A stretch of 64,000 bases of DNA, taken from Chara braunii (Eukaryota > Plantae > Charophyceae). Below are positions 37,185 through 50,111 of this stretch, in pieces. The translations under genes and the position numbers were made by a program. Each line of letters starts with the position of its first letter. Positions within the stretch are counted from its first letter, which is position 1. The stretch covers positions 4,858,005 to 4,922,004 of the forward strand of contig BFEA01000022.1 of the NCBI GenBank assembly GCA_003427395.1, given 5' to 3'. The notes beneath the pieces are model-generated. The model saw only the letters and a list, made by a program, of their open reading frames with translations, made no database searches and was not told the DNA's origin.

Positions 37185-37557
37185 TTTTTATATCATTAGG
37201 AATTGAGGGCAGTATTACATGGGCAAGATCATTTGTGGATTTATGGACGGCTCATTATGCATGAGTAGACATTGCTAAACACGAATCATTGTGTATATGT
37301 ACTCCCTTCACCATGGTGTAGTCACTTTTACATACGGAAGACGGGGCGGCGGCCGGATAGTAGGTGGTGTGGCTCGAAAGATTGGGAAGGGTGTACAACG
37401 CAAGTTATTCAGCTGGCTACGGAAATTTGGTTGGCATAAGTACGTACTCATACCAATATGGACGGGGGTGAAGTTTGAAGAAGTCTCGATGGAAGAGGCT
37501 CTCATTAGCAGACTAAATCCATACTTGAACACACGTGGAAAGAAAAGGAAGCAATGA
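37185..37557 (+). pseudogene. GIY-YIG endonuclease domain, degenerate
   Basis: FYII...YYMGK upstream, then KLFSWLRKFGWHKYVLIP...MEEALISRLNPYLN (E..LI..L.P.LN motif). Confidence 0.75.
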
Positions 37558-38769
37558 AAGAATAGAAAGCAAAGAAGAGGAAAAAAATCCGGGAGAAGTA
37601 CAATTAATCAAAATATGCCTATAATCATATAATGTTTAAATCTACGAGATCCACACATGCAATGAAGCTGATCCAGATTCTGCAATCGAAAGCAACAATA
37701 CAAAATACTGAAGGCAAATTATGGTACGAGAAATGGAAGGTGATCAAACGAACATTCGGGTCTACCATAATTGAAGTAGAGGGAGTACAATATATGCTCA
37801 AGGAATGCAAAAGTTTACTGGAAGCTGGTTGTAGATTTTGTGTTATCAAGTTAGTATACACACGACCATCGTCAAATAAACATAGGAACACATTGATTAA
37901 TTGTCTAAGAGCCCCATGGAGAAGGAATAAATTATATAAGTTGTCATTGGATGATTTACTTTTCCTACTGTCAAAAGTCGGTTCGATCACAGGCAAGAAA
38001 CAACGTGGAACTATAAAGGGTGTATTTGCTAGGATATCGAAAAGAAAGTTTGCATTCAATATCAAACGAAGATTGATATTCAAAATTTCGTATCACGCAA
38101 ATTAACATAAAGCAAATTTGGAACACAACATCGGATGCTATAATTGGAAGCATAGAGAATCCCAACCTAGCGAGAGATTTGATATCATGCATGCGAGTAA
38201 TGTTTAAAAAAACAAAAACATTGCTGAAATCTTGCATGATCAAAAACAGGTAATGGAGACACTGTCTGCATGTGAATGCGCAACGAATTGGTTTCCAAAG
38301 ATAAAATCACATCTTTCGTGTCGATTAAGTCACATTGAACAAAATGAACTTATGTGGAATGCAAAGAATGTACCGTATATAAATGCAAGAACATAGAAAA
38401 CAGATGGTGCATAGAGCCATAGTACAGACCATATCCAACATACCATCAAAAATGAGAGTTTCGCAAGGAATGTATGTGGATTTATTCGACTGTGTGATCT
38501 CAAACATCAATGATAAATACCGCCTGGATATCTCCGTAGTGTGGTAGGTGAAGAACAAATTGAAGGGATATATATTATCACCGTTGGATAGAAATCCCGA
38601 TGAAACATATATTGAATGCCCAAAGACCAGGTTTGAAAAAACCAGATCTGTCTTCGTAGAGTCTGCACACTACGGGCAACAGACAGAATGTGAGATTCTC
38701 CAACAAGCAAAGCATACATATCATGCATGCTGACTTAGGAAAGTGGCTAAGTGTGATGATAATGGATCA

Positions 38770-39895
38770 TATGGAAATACGTACGTAATACCAAAGAACA
38801 AAGATGTATCCAGAAGACGCCTAATTGTACCAACATACAATGAACCTTCACGCCAAGCATAAAAAATCATGTTAAGAGCCTTAAATTTCCTATGTAGTAC
38901 GTGGCAATTAGGGTTTGCCCTGCAAGGTACAAATCAACTGGTTCCAAGACTAAAACAGTTCAACAAAACGACAACACAGACATGTGGACAAGATGCCACT
39001 TTACTATGCCTGACATATGACGTAAAGGACACGTTCTCCAACTTAGATCATACACATGTCCTGAACGCCATACAATGTATGCTAAGTATAGCGAAAGACA
39101 AAAGGAATACCCATCTATGCTATAAAATAAGAGGAAAATATATAAATTTCGAAAACGCAAATGAAAAACAGTGAAAATTAAGATATTATGTGACCTACTA
39201 TATTTTAATATTCAGCATGCATACTTCAAAGCACAAGGTATATTGTTACGACAAATCAAAGAAGTGCCCATGGGAAAAGGATCTAGTCCGCCGATCGCAA
39301 ACATGGTTTGCGCATATGACGAATACAAATGACATTTTGAAATCGATATAGACCAAAAACTCGTACATGGTATGAGATTTGTCGATGATGTAATGATCGT
39401 AGCCATTGCGAATCAAAACAACATTGAAATTGAAACAGCATGCCTGAATTCATTCATAAAGTGTTATCACTCATCGCTAAAATTAGAATCCACATCAAAT
39501 ACGCAAAGTACAGAATGAAATTATTTTGAATCACGAAGATGGATCACGAACTCCTCCTTAAATGTACGCATAAACTCTAGAATGAAGCTACACTCCGGAA
39601 GGGGTTGTTAAGCCTCTCTCTATTCGATCTATCTGTCATTTGAGGAGTGTCGGCTCCGTGAACACGAAATTATTGACGATCATCGACACTTTCCACAAAA
39701 TGGTAACAAACACGTATGACATGAACGACTTGTTCGCCGTATTGAAATTATATTGCACAAAGCTTAAATTGTTGGAATAACTATGGAAGACAACACGCTC
39801 GACAATTTTGGCCTTCATCAAGAATTGTACAGACAACACTGTGCGGAATATCTTCTTATAATTTATGGAAAAGGAAGACATAACAAATTGGTAAA
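38770..39895 (+). pseudogene. Penelope-type reverse transcriptase, frameshifted
   Basis: YVIPKNKD..RRRLIV; YDVKDTFSNLDH (motif A); QIKEVPMGKGSSPPIAN (motif B); RFVDDV (motif C). Confidence 0.88.
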
Positions 39896-40822
39896 ATAAA
39901 CTAAAAAGCAACATACAAAAACAATGTCGGAATGTCCGTGGAAAGGTAAAACAGTAAGTTCCCCTTTCTACCAAACAAAATACAACGGAAATACAGCCGA
40001 GTACCCGTATATGAAACACAAATACGACTACTTGGACCTCTCGTCAGAATATCGAAGGAACTATATGAAAACATATCGAAATATAGAACCTTGTTGAATT
40101 TCGCATGGAAAGACCGACTAGGAATTTCTAAAGTTTCGAATATAAGATCATACAAAAATAAATACCAAACAGTCAAAAAGAAATTCAAAACGAAGCTCTC
40201 CAAAAAACGTACCGACCAAGAAGAGTGCAATCGAACTTCGAACTCACGATCTGAACCGATACAACACTTAGATATTAGCGAAAGCATTGCAAGCAAGGAC
40301 AAAAAGCAAAAGTCCAAATTCTAAAATCCAAATTAAAAAATAATAAAATTCACAAACGAGGACAGATGATGAAAATGAAGGATACCTGAAAGCGTTACCA
40401 GGTTACTTCATTGGATATGAAGACGCAAAGCTTTTTCGAAAATGAATTTTACGGCATATCGCGACCAAAAGAGTATTGGGATAACCGGTATCAGCAGCAA
40501 CGACGAAGAGACTTCAAGAAAAGTAAAGACAAAGTTTTTCGGAGAAAGAATGATTTCGACATATCGCGATTAGAAGAACATATGGACGGTGGTAATTCAA
40601 CAACCCGACAATGACACGATTTTGAGAGGAGACTACAAGGACTAGGGTTCAACCGGACGGGGAAGTATTTGGACCAAAGGGTATATACATTGATGATAAT
40701 CGCAAAAAAAGGATTACCTGAGTAGAGAGGTAGAAGGGTAATCGCGACTGTTTTGGCCGCATGCCATGGACAGGACACGTATTCTGTGAAAGTAAAGCCT
40801 CGCACGTGCTGTCCAATCTTGC

Positions 40823-40824
<2 letters not shown>
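39614..40824 (+). repeat. 3' pseudo-LTR
   Basis: Direct repeat of 34141-35349, ending TTGCAA immediately before (CT)n. Confidence 0.92.
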
Positions 40825-40891
<67 letters not shown>

Positions 40892-40892
40892 N

Positions 40893-40986
<94 letters not shown>

Positions 40987-42969
40987 TATTTACCCAAGTT
41001 ACCAGCTCCATACCAATACTCCATGTGTAAGACCACGGGACGCTGAATGCATGCGGACAAGGCGTTCACACGGTTCCCACAGGTCAGGGCAATGATAGTG
41101 TCATTGATGCAGACACACGTAAAAATACTTTGCTGGTTGAGATCCGTTTTAATGGCAAGACAGCAAGAGTTCATGGAACCCTACTTTCAAATTGTTTAAG
41201 CACTGAAGATCCACGTCACATCGATGCCTAGATGTACTATGTTTCAATGTTCCCGTTTGTTAACACAAAACTCTTTCATACGACACTCAAGCAGCGAAGG
41301 ATTGCATCCACAAGCTACAAGTATTACGTTCAAGATTTCCTTCTGACAGTACCCTGCTGCTAAGTGGAGAGAAAACACAAAAGCACACTTCCAGATTCCT
41401 CTATCTGTTCGAAACGAAAACATAGAAATATAAATTCAGGAAGATGGATTCAACAGCTCCACGATCATCACTATGGTGAGCGCATTGCTTCCCTAGTTAC
41501 CGCCGTCCTCCCTCCATCCTACTCATACTCCACCCTAGTACGAGTACAACCCCTTCCCTTTCTTCCTTCACCTCCAATGTGTCCATCGAAAGAGAAATGT
41601 GAAAAATACGGTAAAGAAATCCCACTTGATGACTTTTATGGCTATATTCCTCCCTCACTACCTAGCTCCCCATCCCTTAACATCCAACCATACACTCCCC
41701 ACCCCTTCCTCAACTCCGATGTATGTCGCACAATCATCCAGAGACCTGTACGCCGCTCATCTCATGACAGAAGTACGCATCCCATTCGTCCCACTATCCC
41801 TGCCAAGACCTCCTCTCACCCCCATCCTCTCGATGTTCTGCACAATCAACCCAGCGTTCCATGTCCATCTTAATCCCATCCTCCTTCTCATCATATCCCC
41901 AACTCTCTTCCGCGACGATTCTTCAACCAAAAACTCGTGCTGCTCAAGGTTGCAATCACATCCTCCTTCGATCCACCTGTCGAGTGACCGTGGAATCACT
42001 TCAGATGTACCCCTTTTCCGAAACGTTGAAAGTGCTTCTACGTCACCATTCATCAACCATCAACACAAAATACAAAAAACACGATACAAAATATACAATA
42101 CACAGGTAAATTATTGGTGAGGATCTAATCGTAGAGGAAAACGTTACCCTAAACAACAAGTACAATAGTGTGTGTGTAATCGCGACACCACCTCCATCAA
42201 GCTTCATTCCATAGAACCACACAATGGGTCAGGCAATGAAGAAGGAGAGCGAGATGCAGCGACTAGGGATTAGTGGCAAGTCCTTAAAGCTAGCTTTTCG
42301 CTGGCTGCCACTGAGACAGCTCATAAAAGGGAGAGGCTCAACAGCACACCCATCCATAATCGCACCTGTGGTTAGTGTTACACACACCCCGTGCTTACAC
42401 AAGGTAGCAACAAACCTATCATTCTCTTGATCCTTACGCATGATCGTACCACACTTACCGTGCACTGCTGTCCATGCTGCAACAGGCCTTCCCCATCCAA
42501 CATTTCATCCATTGACGGGACACACTCCCCCATGGCCGACATCTTCGAACCAGCCACGCTCACGCTGCCGAACCTCGCTGGCAACTGAAAGAAGCAGTTT
42601 ACGGTGGTTGTTACTTTCGTTTCGCGCCGCCGCACCCCGCTCCTTTAGAGCGAAGAGGACGAAATCTTAGGACGAATCCGGATAAACAGTCTAGTTACTA
42701 CGCTCTTCACCTGTTCACAGTCCCAGGCCGGTCATATTCCAGCTCATACCATTTTCCCCTTTTTTTCCTTTTTTTTGGGAAAACATTTTTCACAGCGGTC
42801 CCGATCTCCACCCTCTCAAATAACTCAGGCCTTGATTTTTCCAAGGAGGGTCTGACTCCTTCCACCAGTGACCACCACTGTAATTTTCAGGTAGAAATCA
42901 TTACCAGGCCTTCATCAAGGGGTTCTACTGTGAGTGGGGAAGCAGAAAACGTAGGTATGTGTGTGTGTC

Positions 42970-45040
42970 TTTTTTTTTTTCTTTTTTTTTTTTTAAACAC
43001 CCCACCGCCATTGCTAGTGGTGTTGGTAAGAGCAGACACCGCTATCACCTGGGGGGAGGCCCCATCTATTGGTGGGGGGCATCACCTACTGGAAAACGGG
43101 TCCAACGTCCCATGTACAAACTGAATGTCGGAATACATCCGAAAAAGGTTGCGGGGGGGGCCTGCCAGCATTGATTACCCTGGAATCCAGGGGATTGACT
43201 AAGCAGGGCCTTAGAGAGAAGGGGGAACCTCTTCACCTTGGAGTCAGCGCCAGATACCTGCAATTGCACATGAGTTCCTCCCACCCCTAACTAGTTCCCC
43301 ATACTCACTGACCCAGAATGTTCAAGCTGCGTGCATTGGCAGGCTGCCAGCATTGACTGGCCCAATCCGTAGAAGGGGGGGGGTAATTGAGAAGCAAGAT
43401 GGAAAAACAAAAACGGAAAAATTGGGTATTTAGCAAAAGAAAGAGTAACCTCCCCGGGGGGCTCCGAAAGGCCATTTCTTATCTGAGTACGAGTGAGCAG
43501 AAGATGGGGTAACAAAATTCCTCAGTCAGGACAAGATCTCTACCAGGGAAAGGGCATGGGGTGGGACGGGATCGGGGAAGTCCCAGGGGGGGGGGAGTGG
43601 GAATGAGGGTTCAATGTTTGTCCAGTCCTTAAAACATAGGCGATAGTCTCTCATCTCTTCCAAATCCCACTGTCCCTTTCCCTTGTCTCCGCTTCATTCT
43701 ACTTTCGCAATCCATCCTTCTCTCTCCCCACCCACCCAGTCTGTGCAAAATGTTGTGATCTGTCTCCTGACATCTCCTACTTGTTTACGGAGGTCTAACT
43801 GTGCTTTTGTGTCTAGCCATCTCTGTGTGAGTTCGAAGTGTACCTGCTGTTGAATCTGTTCAGTGATTTCCGCCTCTTGTACTCTCACCTTCTCCATGGC
43901 CAAAGTGCATCTTTGCCACCAAAGTGCCCATATTACCGCTCTCCTTCCAAGTTTGTACATGTTTTTAATGAAGGTCGTAGTTGCCTCTGCCTGCGGCAGC
44001 CAGAATGGCCTGCCAAGACCAGGGCCAGGGGGTTACAGATTCCATTTTTCTCCAGATGCGATCCCACCATCTCCATATGCATTGGGCGATCGGGCATTGC
44101 ATGAAGATATGTTCAATGGTTTCCGCCTTCCTGTAGAATGGAAAAAGGCTCTGGCACCGATGGCACCATGGAAGCAGCAGGCCTTTTTGTTCTAAGTTAG
44201 TGTCATCCATTAGCCAGTCGTTACTTGGTAGACAGCGGTGGGCAATCTTCCATTGCAGGGATGTGATTTTCATAGGTTTTGCTTTTGTTCTTGGAACCAT
44301 TTGATTGGCAACAAAAGGGAGTGATCCACATTTAGGTGTCTGGCCCATCGGTCGTTTACTATGTCTCTCAACCTTCTTTTAGGTCTGAGCATTTTGTAGG
44401 CTGATCTGGCCGACAACTGATGGATGCTGATACGTCTGGCTATGAGACCTCCCCTCCTCTGGGGGGGATCCCATGTCCAATCTGCCGGATCCAGAGCCAG
44501 ATCCTGGATTGGTTTGAGAGGCTGAAAAACCACCTTTTGTCCTTTCTCTTCTAGGATTCTCACCCGATACACAAGTTTTATCCTTCCATTCGAAGGGGGC
44601 TGTGCTGCCTTGGAGGGTGTCTGCTCTAGTGATTGTGTAGTGTTCAATCAGGACAGACTGGGGTGAGACCATGTGTATCAGACCTATCCTATGTGGAGAC
44701 TTTGTGCTTGCTACCCAATCGCCTTCTTTTAAGATGGGGCCTCGGTTAAGGGTTTGGTACCGGGCCAACGGGATAGCTTCAATCAGGTTGTCCAAGTGCT
44801 CCTCCACGTGGTGGCAGTATCGTAAGATCACTCGCATCTGGTCTCCTGTTTTCCAGTCCCTTCTGTCTTTGTCCAAAAGATCCCCAACTCTAAGCACCCC
44901 TCTTTTTTTAAAGCACCCCAAATTCTCTCTCTCGTTTCCTCCACAAATCATAACAAACCATATAGTAGAAAATGCAAGGTTGGCCCCGTTTGTGTGGTTC
45001 AGTGCGGAGTGCCCACACAGCCGTCTCCCACCGAAGTGGA
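42970..45040 (-). mobile_element. 5'-truncated L1/Tx1-type LINE (ORF2 C-terminus, 3' UTR, poly(A))
   Basis: KRGVLRVGDLLD...WKT and WKIAHRCL...CHRC...ETIEHIFMQC (zf-RVT-like), homologous to the tail of ORF 52780..55566. Poly(T) at 42970-42994. Confidence 0.85.
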
Positions 45041-46778
45041 ACACGTGCACATATACATATATACATATATTTATTATCCATAAAAGGGTGGAGGGCAAGA
45101 CGCAACTTACCCAAGACAGTGGACTCCACCAGCAAGAAAGCACCGATCCCATCCGCCACAGGTCCGAGAAATCTTGGAGAGCCCTCCACGTGGGCCCACA
45201 CAACCACAAAACAGCATAACACAAAAGGCTCCACTATGCCAATGATCTAAAAAAGAATTGTAGAGCCCTCTGCATCGACCTACAGCGCCACCACAAATAA
45301 AAAAGACACCGCATGACCTGCACGCAACACCAAGAGTGCCAGGAACCTGCCCCTGCCGTGCAACCTGCAGAATCGGATGATGTCCTAGTGTTACAGCGAG
45401 GCCATTGCGAGAACGACGCCAAATTCCACAAGATCTCCACGTAACACCAGGAGTGCTACTGCTTAAAACACCCTAGAAGGCATCCCATTCTTCCATGTGC
45501 TCCAAAAGAGCAGCCCCCGGGAATGACACCCACAGCAAACACTCTCTGAGCCTCCTCGCAGAGATAGTGTGGACAAAACCCCAAACTCCCACCCCAGAAA
45601 AAACTTGTGGCCACCCACAGACATCGACAAGACAGCCCATGCTACAAAGCAGGGCAAAGAATGTTTGTGTGTGTGTGTCTCTGTGGGACTTTTTGAAGAG
45701 ACCACAGTCAGTTTTCTAACATGGGAATATGTGCTGAATATGTCGAGTTTTGTTTCTATTTGGTTGCACTGTTTTAAAGGATGAGGAGCGGAGCAAATGG
45801 GCCAGGGGGTGGGGAGGAGGAATATAGCAACCTGCCAACTGTCCTTCTTAACATCCCTGCGCGCTGCATGTGCTGTCGTACGTTTCGCTTGAGATCAAGC
45901 TCAATTAGTGAAAATGGTAAACACGGCGACAGACTGAAAATCTGTTCTTACGGGCTCTGTTCCTACGGGCTACCGGTTCAAGTCCGATAGTGCGCAATTA
46001 AAAACCCCAATGAAAGGGGAAACTACGCGGGAGTCACAAAAATGAGTTATAATTGCAGTTCGGGCAACGTATACAACCCAGCTTTGGGGCCAGGTTGGGT
46101 GCCCGAAGTGCAATCCCAAATTGTATCTTGCCCCATAGTGCACTTATAACTCGTTTTTGTGACTCAACTGAAGTTACCCCAAAATGAAAATCGTAAACGC
46201 GGCAGACTAAATAAGCCACTTTGCATGTCGGTTGGTATCCGATAGTAAGCTGAGAGCACCCGATGTCAGATTTTGGTGAGTATAGTAATAAAATTACTAA
46301 CATGGTAAATAGGTTCACATGTCAGACTTCGATGAATAGAGCTTGCTCCAATAGTTCAAATTGAACTCTGACGAGCCTGTCGAAATTGATTCCAGCCAAA
46401 GCTCAGCCAAAGTTGGAATGCCTCAAGACAGTTATTCATTGACTGAAGTGAATGAATGTACACAAGTTCCCTATTCAAAGAACCACAGAAGCAGTGAATT
46501 GGGTACAACATAAAAGACGAGAAAAATTGCTGAGATATAGAAACTTTCTCTAAAGTAGTTCTTTTTCTGATGGACCCAAGTATGCAAGCACTGGCCATAT
46601 AGTAATACAAGATTTTTTAAGACTAGTAATACTAGATTCTTTGAGACTAGTAATAGTAATACAGGATTCTTTGAGATTCGAAATAGGATATAAATCTTGA
46701 AGCAGTTTTTGGCCGAGCCACCAGGCACAAAGTGCATTGCCGCACCAATGACCAATTGTGCAAAATGGAGCGTATATT

Positions 46779-46972
46779 CGCTGCTTGGAAGTGGGAAAAT
46801 ACCCTCGCCCCAGCTTTTTGTCTTTTTCACGTGGGGTGAGTGCTGCGGCGAGGCCCGAAGTGCAGCCATGCGGACGTGGCGAAGCCCGCAGTGCAGCCAT
46901 GCGGACATCTCGGAATCACCCGTGAAAAAGACAAAAGCTGGGGCGAGCGTATCTTTCCATTTTCAAGCAGCG
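46779..46972. repeat. Long inverted repeat (~55 bp arms) with a tandemly duplicated loop
   Basis: 46779-46839 is complementary to 46916-46972. The loop contains GCCCG.AGTGCAGCCATGCGGAC twice. Confidence 0.9.
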
Positions 46973-47949
46973 GGGGCGGGGCAGGGGGCGCGGAAGGATT
47001 GAGCTCGCAAAGGTGACGAGGAAGCTGAAGGCGCTCAAGGGGCCAAAATGGGCAGAGACAGAATGCATACTTGACGAACACAAAGCGGGAGCGGTTGGGC
47101 GGGGCACGGCTATTCTCGTGGAATGCGTAGGTAAATGGGGGCGATCTCCCCCTCTCTAGGGCGAGATCTCTTTCTACGAGGGTGGGGTCCTCGACCTGCA
47201 AAGGACAGAGGGCCGTCAAGGAGCACTGGGAGGTGGGGGGGAGGGAGGAGAGCTGAGCGCGCCCCTTTCAGGAGAATAGGAGGGCGAGCTCGCCGTGAAA
47301 AGGGGGCGACCGTGGAGAATGGGGGGAAGCCCGCCGCTGTGCACGGCTGGCAGCAAACATACGACGTACATGCAGTGTTTATTTTTTGGGTCTGTTTTCT
47401 TTCCGCGTCCTCTGCTCTCCGTTGATGACCCGTCTATCAGCGGTATGTTCCCTTGTGAGTCCGCCAACCAATTAGCAAACGTCAGATCGAGGCGGCTACG
47501 TTTCAAACACGGCACAGATCAGATGCGGCGATTCCAACGTAGCCTCTGCGCGATGATCAACAGACGTCAGCAATCAATCAATCCAGTGCACCGAGGGTTC
47601 ACGGATGGCGCCCCTCTCGTTTCCACGCCCCGCGCAAAAAGCACGTTCTGTTTGCGATCATCGGTAGCATCGGTGTTGATGAATTAAACGTCTAATCACG
47701 CATCGAGAGACTGATCAATCAATCTAGCGCGCCAATGGTTCATGGATGCTTGCGCCCCTGTGGTTTCCGCGCGCCAACCACCCCCGCGCAAAAGTACGTC
47801 GTCGCGTACGAGATCGTCAGTCGCATCGACATTCATGGCTCCTAAATGTAGTTAATCGGAATTCAATCATCCTCATTGAAGGAGAGACAAATGAACTGCA
47901 TTGCGCGCAGTGTGCCCGGACGGTGTTCGTCAAGGTAATTCAACATCGC

Positions 47950-48120
47950 GATTGATTGATAGGTTCATTCATTCATTCATTCATTCATTTGATTGATTGG
48001 TTGATTGATTGATTGGTTGGTTGGTCGGTTGGTTGGTCGATGATTGATTGATTGGTTGGTCGATGATTGATTGATTGATTGATTGGTCGATGATTGATCG
48101 ATTAGTTGGTTCGATGATTA

Positions 48121-48162
<42 letters not shown>

Positions 48163-48255
48163 CGATTAGTTGGTTCGATGATTGATTGATTGATTGGTCG
48201 ATGACTGATCATTGATTGATTAATAGATTGAACGATACTTGATTGATTGATTAAT
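47950..48255. repeat. Compound microsatellite (CATT)n/(GATT)n/(GGTT)n
   Basis: Directly visible. Confidence 0.95.
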
Positions 48256-49542
48256 CGCTGACTACTTATCACGCCGTGATCACGAATGGCGATTGGCCCC
48301 CGTCCTCTAAACACGCCCTAACATAAACAAAAATCCTCTTCCGGAGACATGGTCTACGTCGACAACACCGTGCAACTCGAGTCAGAAAGGGGGGAGGACA
48401 ACGGGAATGGCAGCAATGTAGCAACAGGATTGACAGGAACTCGAGTCAGGAGAGGAGGACGACAAGGGGACTGGCAGCCAGGAGGAAGAGTCTGATCAAC
48501 CGAAACGAGGAAAGATGACATGGAGGACAGTACCAGATAACTTTTTTTCCCCTTGAGGGGGGGGCGGTGGGGAGAGAAACATCGTAGGCCACCGCCTCGA
48601 TCCCAGCAACGAGTGGTAAGACAGATCATCCAGCAAAACGTCCAAAGTCGGGGAGTAAGCGCTCACATCGGCAAAAGGAATAGATCAATGACCGTGGAGA
48701 GTGCATACAGATCAGGCCGGTACAATCAAGCGCCATGGATACAGAGACATGCGATTTCACTCGGCGGACACAGTGGTCTGGTGACTTATGATAAGTTAAA
48801 ACCAAACACAGAGAGAGCGCGAGAGAGAGAGGGCACAAGAGGAGGACAGGGAACGAGAGGAGGACAGAGAGAGAGAGAGAGAGAGGGGGAAGGAGGGAGA
48901 GAGAGAAGAGGTCCTACTCACTCTCGCGCTACGACCCGCCAGATGAAAGCGGTCACATAAAATGTGACCCAGACTTGCTCGCCAGATAGCCAAGGGAACA
49001 CGCGAAGATGACACGTGGACAGCTTATCCAATCAATCCTCCTCCGGCAGACCGCCAACTGGCTATCAGATCTGATTGCATCAATCTTCTTCGTTGATCAC
49101 CGTGATCAATCGAGCTTCTTCTCATATGATTGATGCTCTCTTTCTGTTCTGCAACTCCCATTTGCGCAGGAGGAAAGAGTCGCCTTCCACCGAGACCAAG
49201 GATGGTCCGCAGCTATGTCGATAGATCGATGGACAGTTTAATCTCTATGTGGTGGGTACTGCGTTAAGACACTGAAAAATCCAGCATACAACCGTCAGAA
49301 ACTCAGACAGATCAGAAAACAAAACGCCTGAATATGGACGTGTTTGTGGAGATGTGCCTTTGACGGAAACTCAACGCCATTTTCTGCACGTCTCGACGAA
49401 CACGTCCAGATTCGGGCTTCGAGGAGACCCAAGGTGCTAGTGGGACTTGGCCCCCCCGTTGGAGAGCACATGCTGCTGATGTTCCCTGATCCAACCCGCT
49501 GGCCCCTGCACAAGGGAAAAGGCTGCACCGGGTTCCCAGTAG

Positions 49543-50111
49543 GACCAGGGCTGTCTCCATATCTCCTGCCACCGCAGCTGAGGGGGCAGCTTGTCCGGAC
49601 CTATGTCCCTCCATAGGTGAATGATATCGGTCCAGAGGGGGTCATTGAGGAGGTCCGTTGAGGAGGTCCGTTCTTGTCGCTGTTGCTGGGGAGTTGTCGT
49701 GGCGTGTCGTAGGTGCGTTGGGGATAGACCATGCATGGTTCGTAAGCCATAAGAGGGAGTGTACTGGCCGGTCTTGCGCTGTGTCAGGGGCAAGGCTGGT
49801 TATTTGGATGTGAGCCAGCAGAGCCCAAGGGACATCGTTTGCCATCAATATTCTGACAATAATTCTAAATATGAGGGCCTTGGTTTCATCTTCCGGGTCG
49901 ATGATAGCCAGGCCGCCCTTTGATCTTGGTTGGGCCACCTGGGCCCACGTCACCCTTTTGATGCATGTTTTGATCTCGTGATCATTACTCCAGAGGTAAG
50001 CCGCTGTGGCTTCCTTGAGGCGAGTCATTTGTTTCTGACCTAGTGCCCAAAAGGCTGTCTTGTACCAGATTGTAGACAGTATGGCATTGTTTATGGTCAG
50101 GGCCCTCCCAA
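49543..50111 (-). mobile_element. Inverted fragment of the same LINE family as the element at 50112-56806
   Basis: Reverse complement of ~53940-54495 (MTRLKEATAAYLW.NDHEIKTCIKRV...), with substitutions and a small internal duplication. Confidence 0.9.

Larger units (their letters stand above)
34141..40824 (+). mobile_element. Penelope-like retroelement with N-terminal endonuclease (Chlamys/Naiad architecture), degenerate, inserted in (CT)n
   Basis: Order is GIY-YIG, CxC (ACECA at ~38270), then PLE-type RT. It has ~1.2 kb direct pseudo-LTRs and (CT)n on both flanks (34062-34146 and 40825-40953). Confidence 0.85.

Noticed and set aside
45960-46610. Possible host exons (also 4720-5000, 9520-10080 and 40990-42600)
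   Set aside because: No recognisable protein motif or consistent splice structure.
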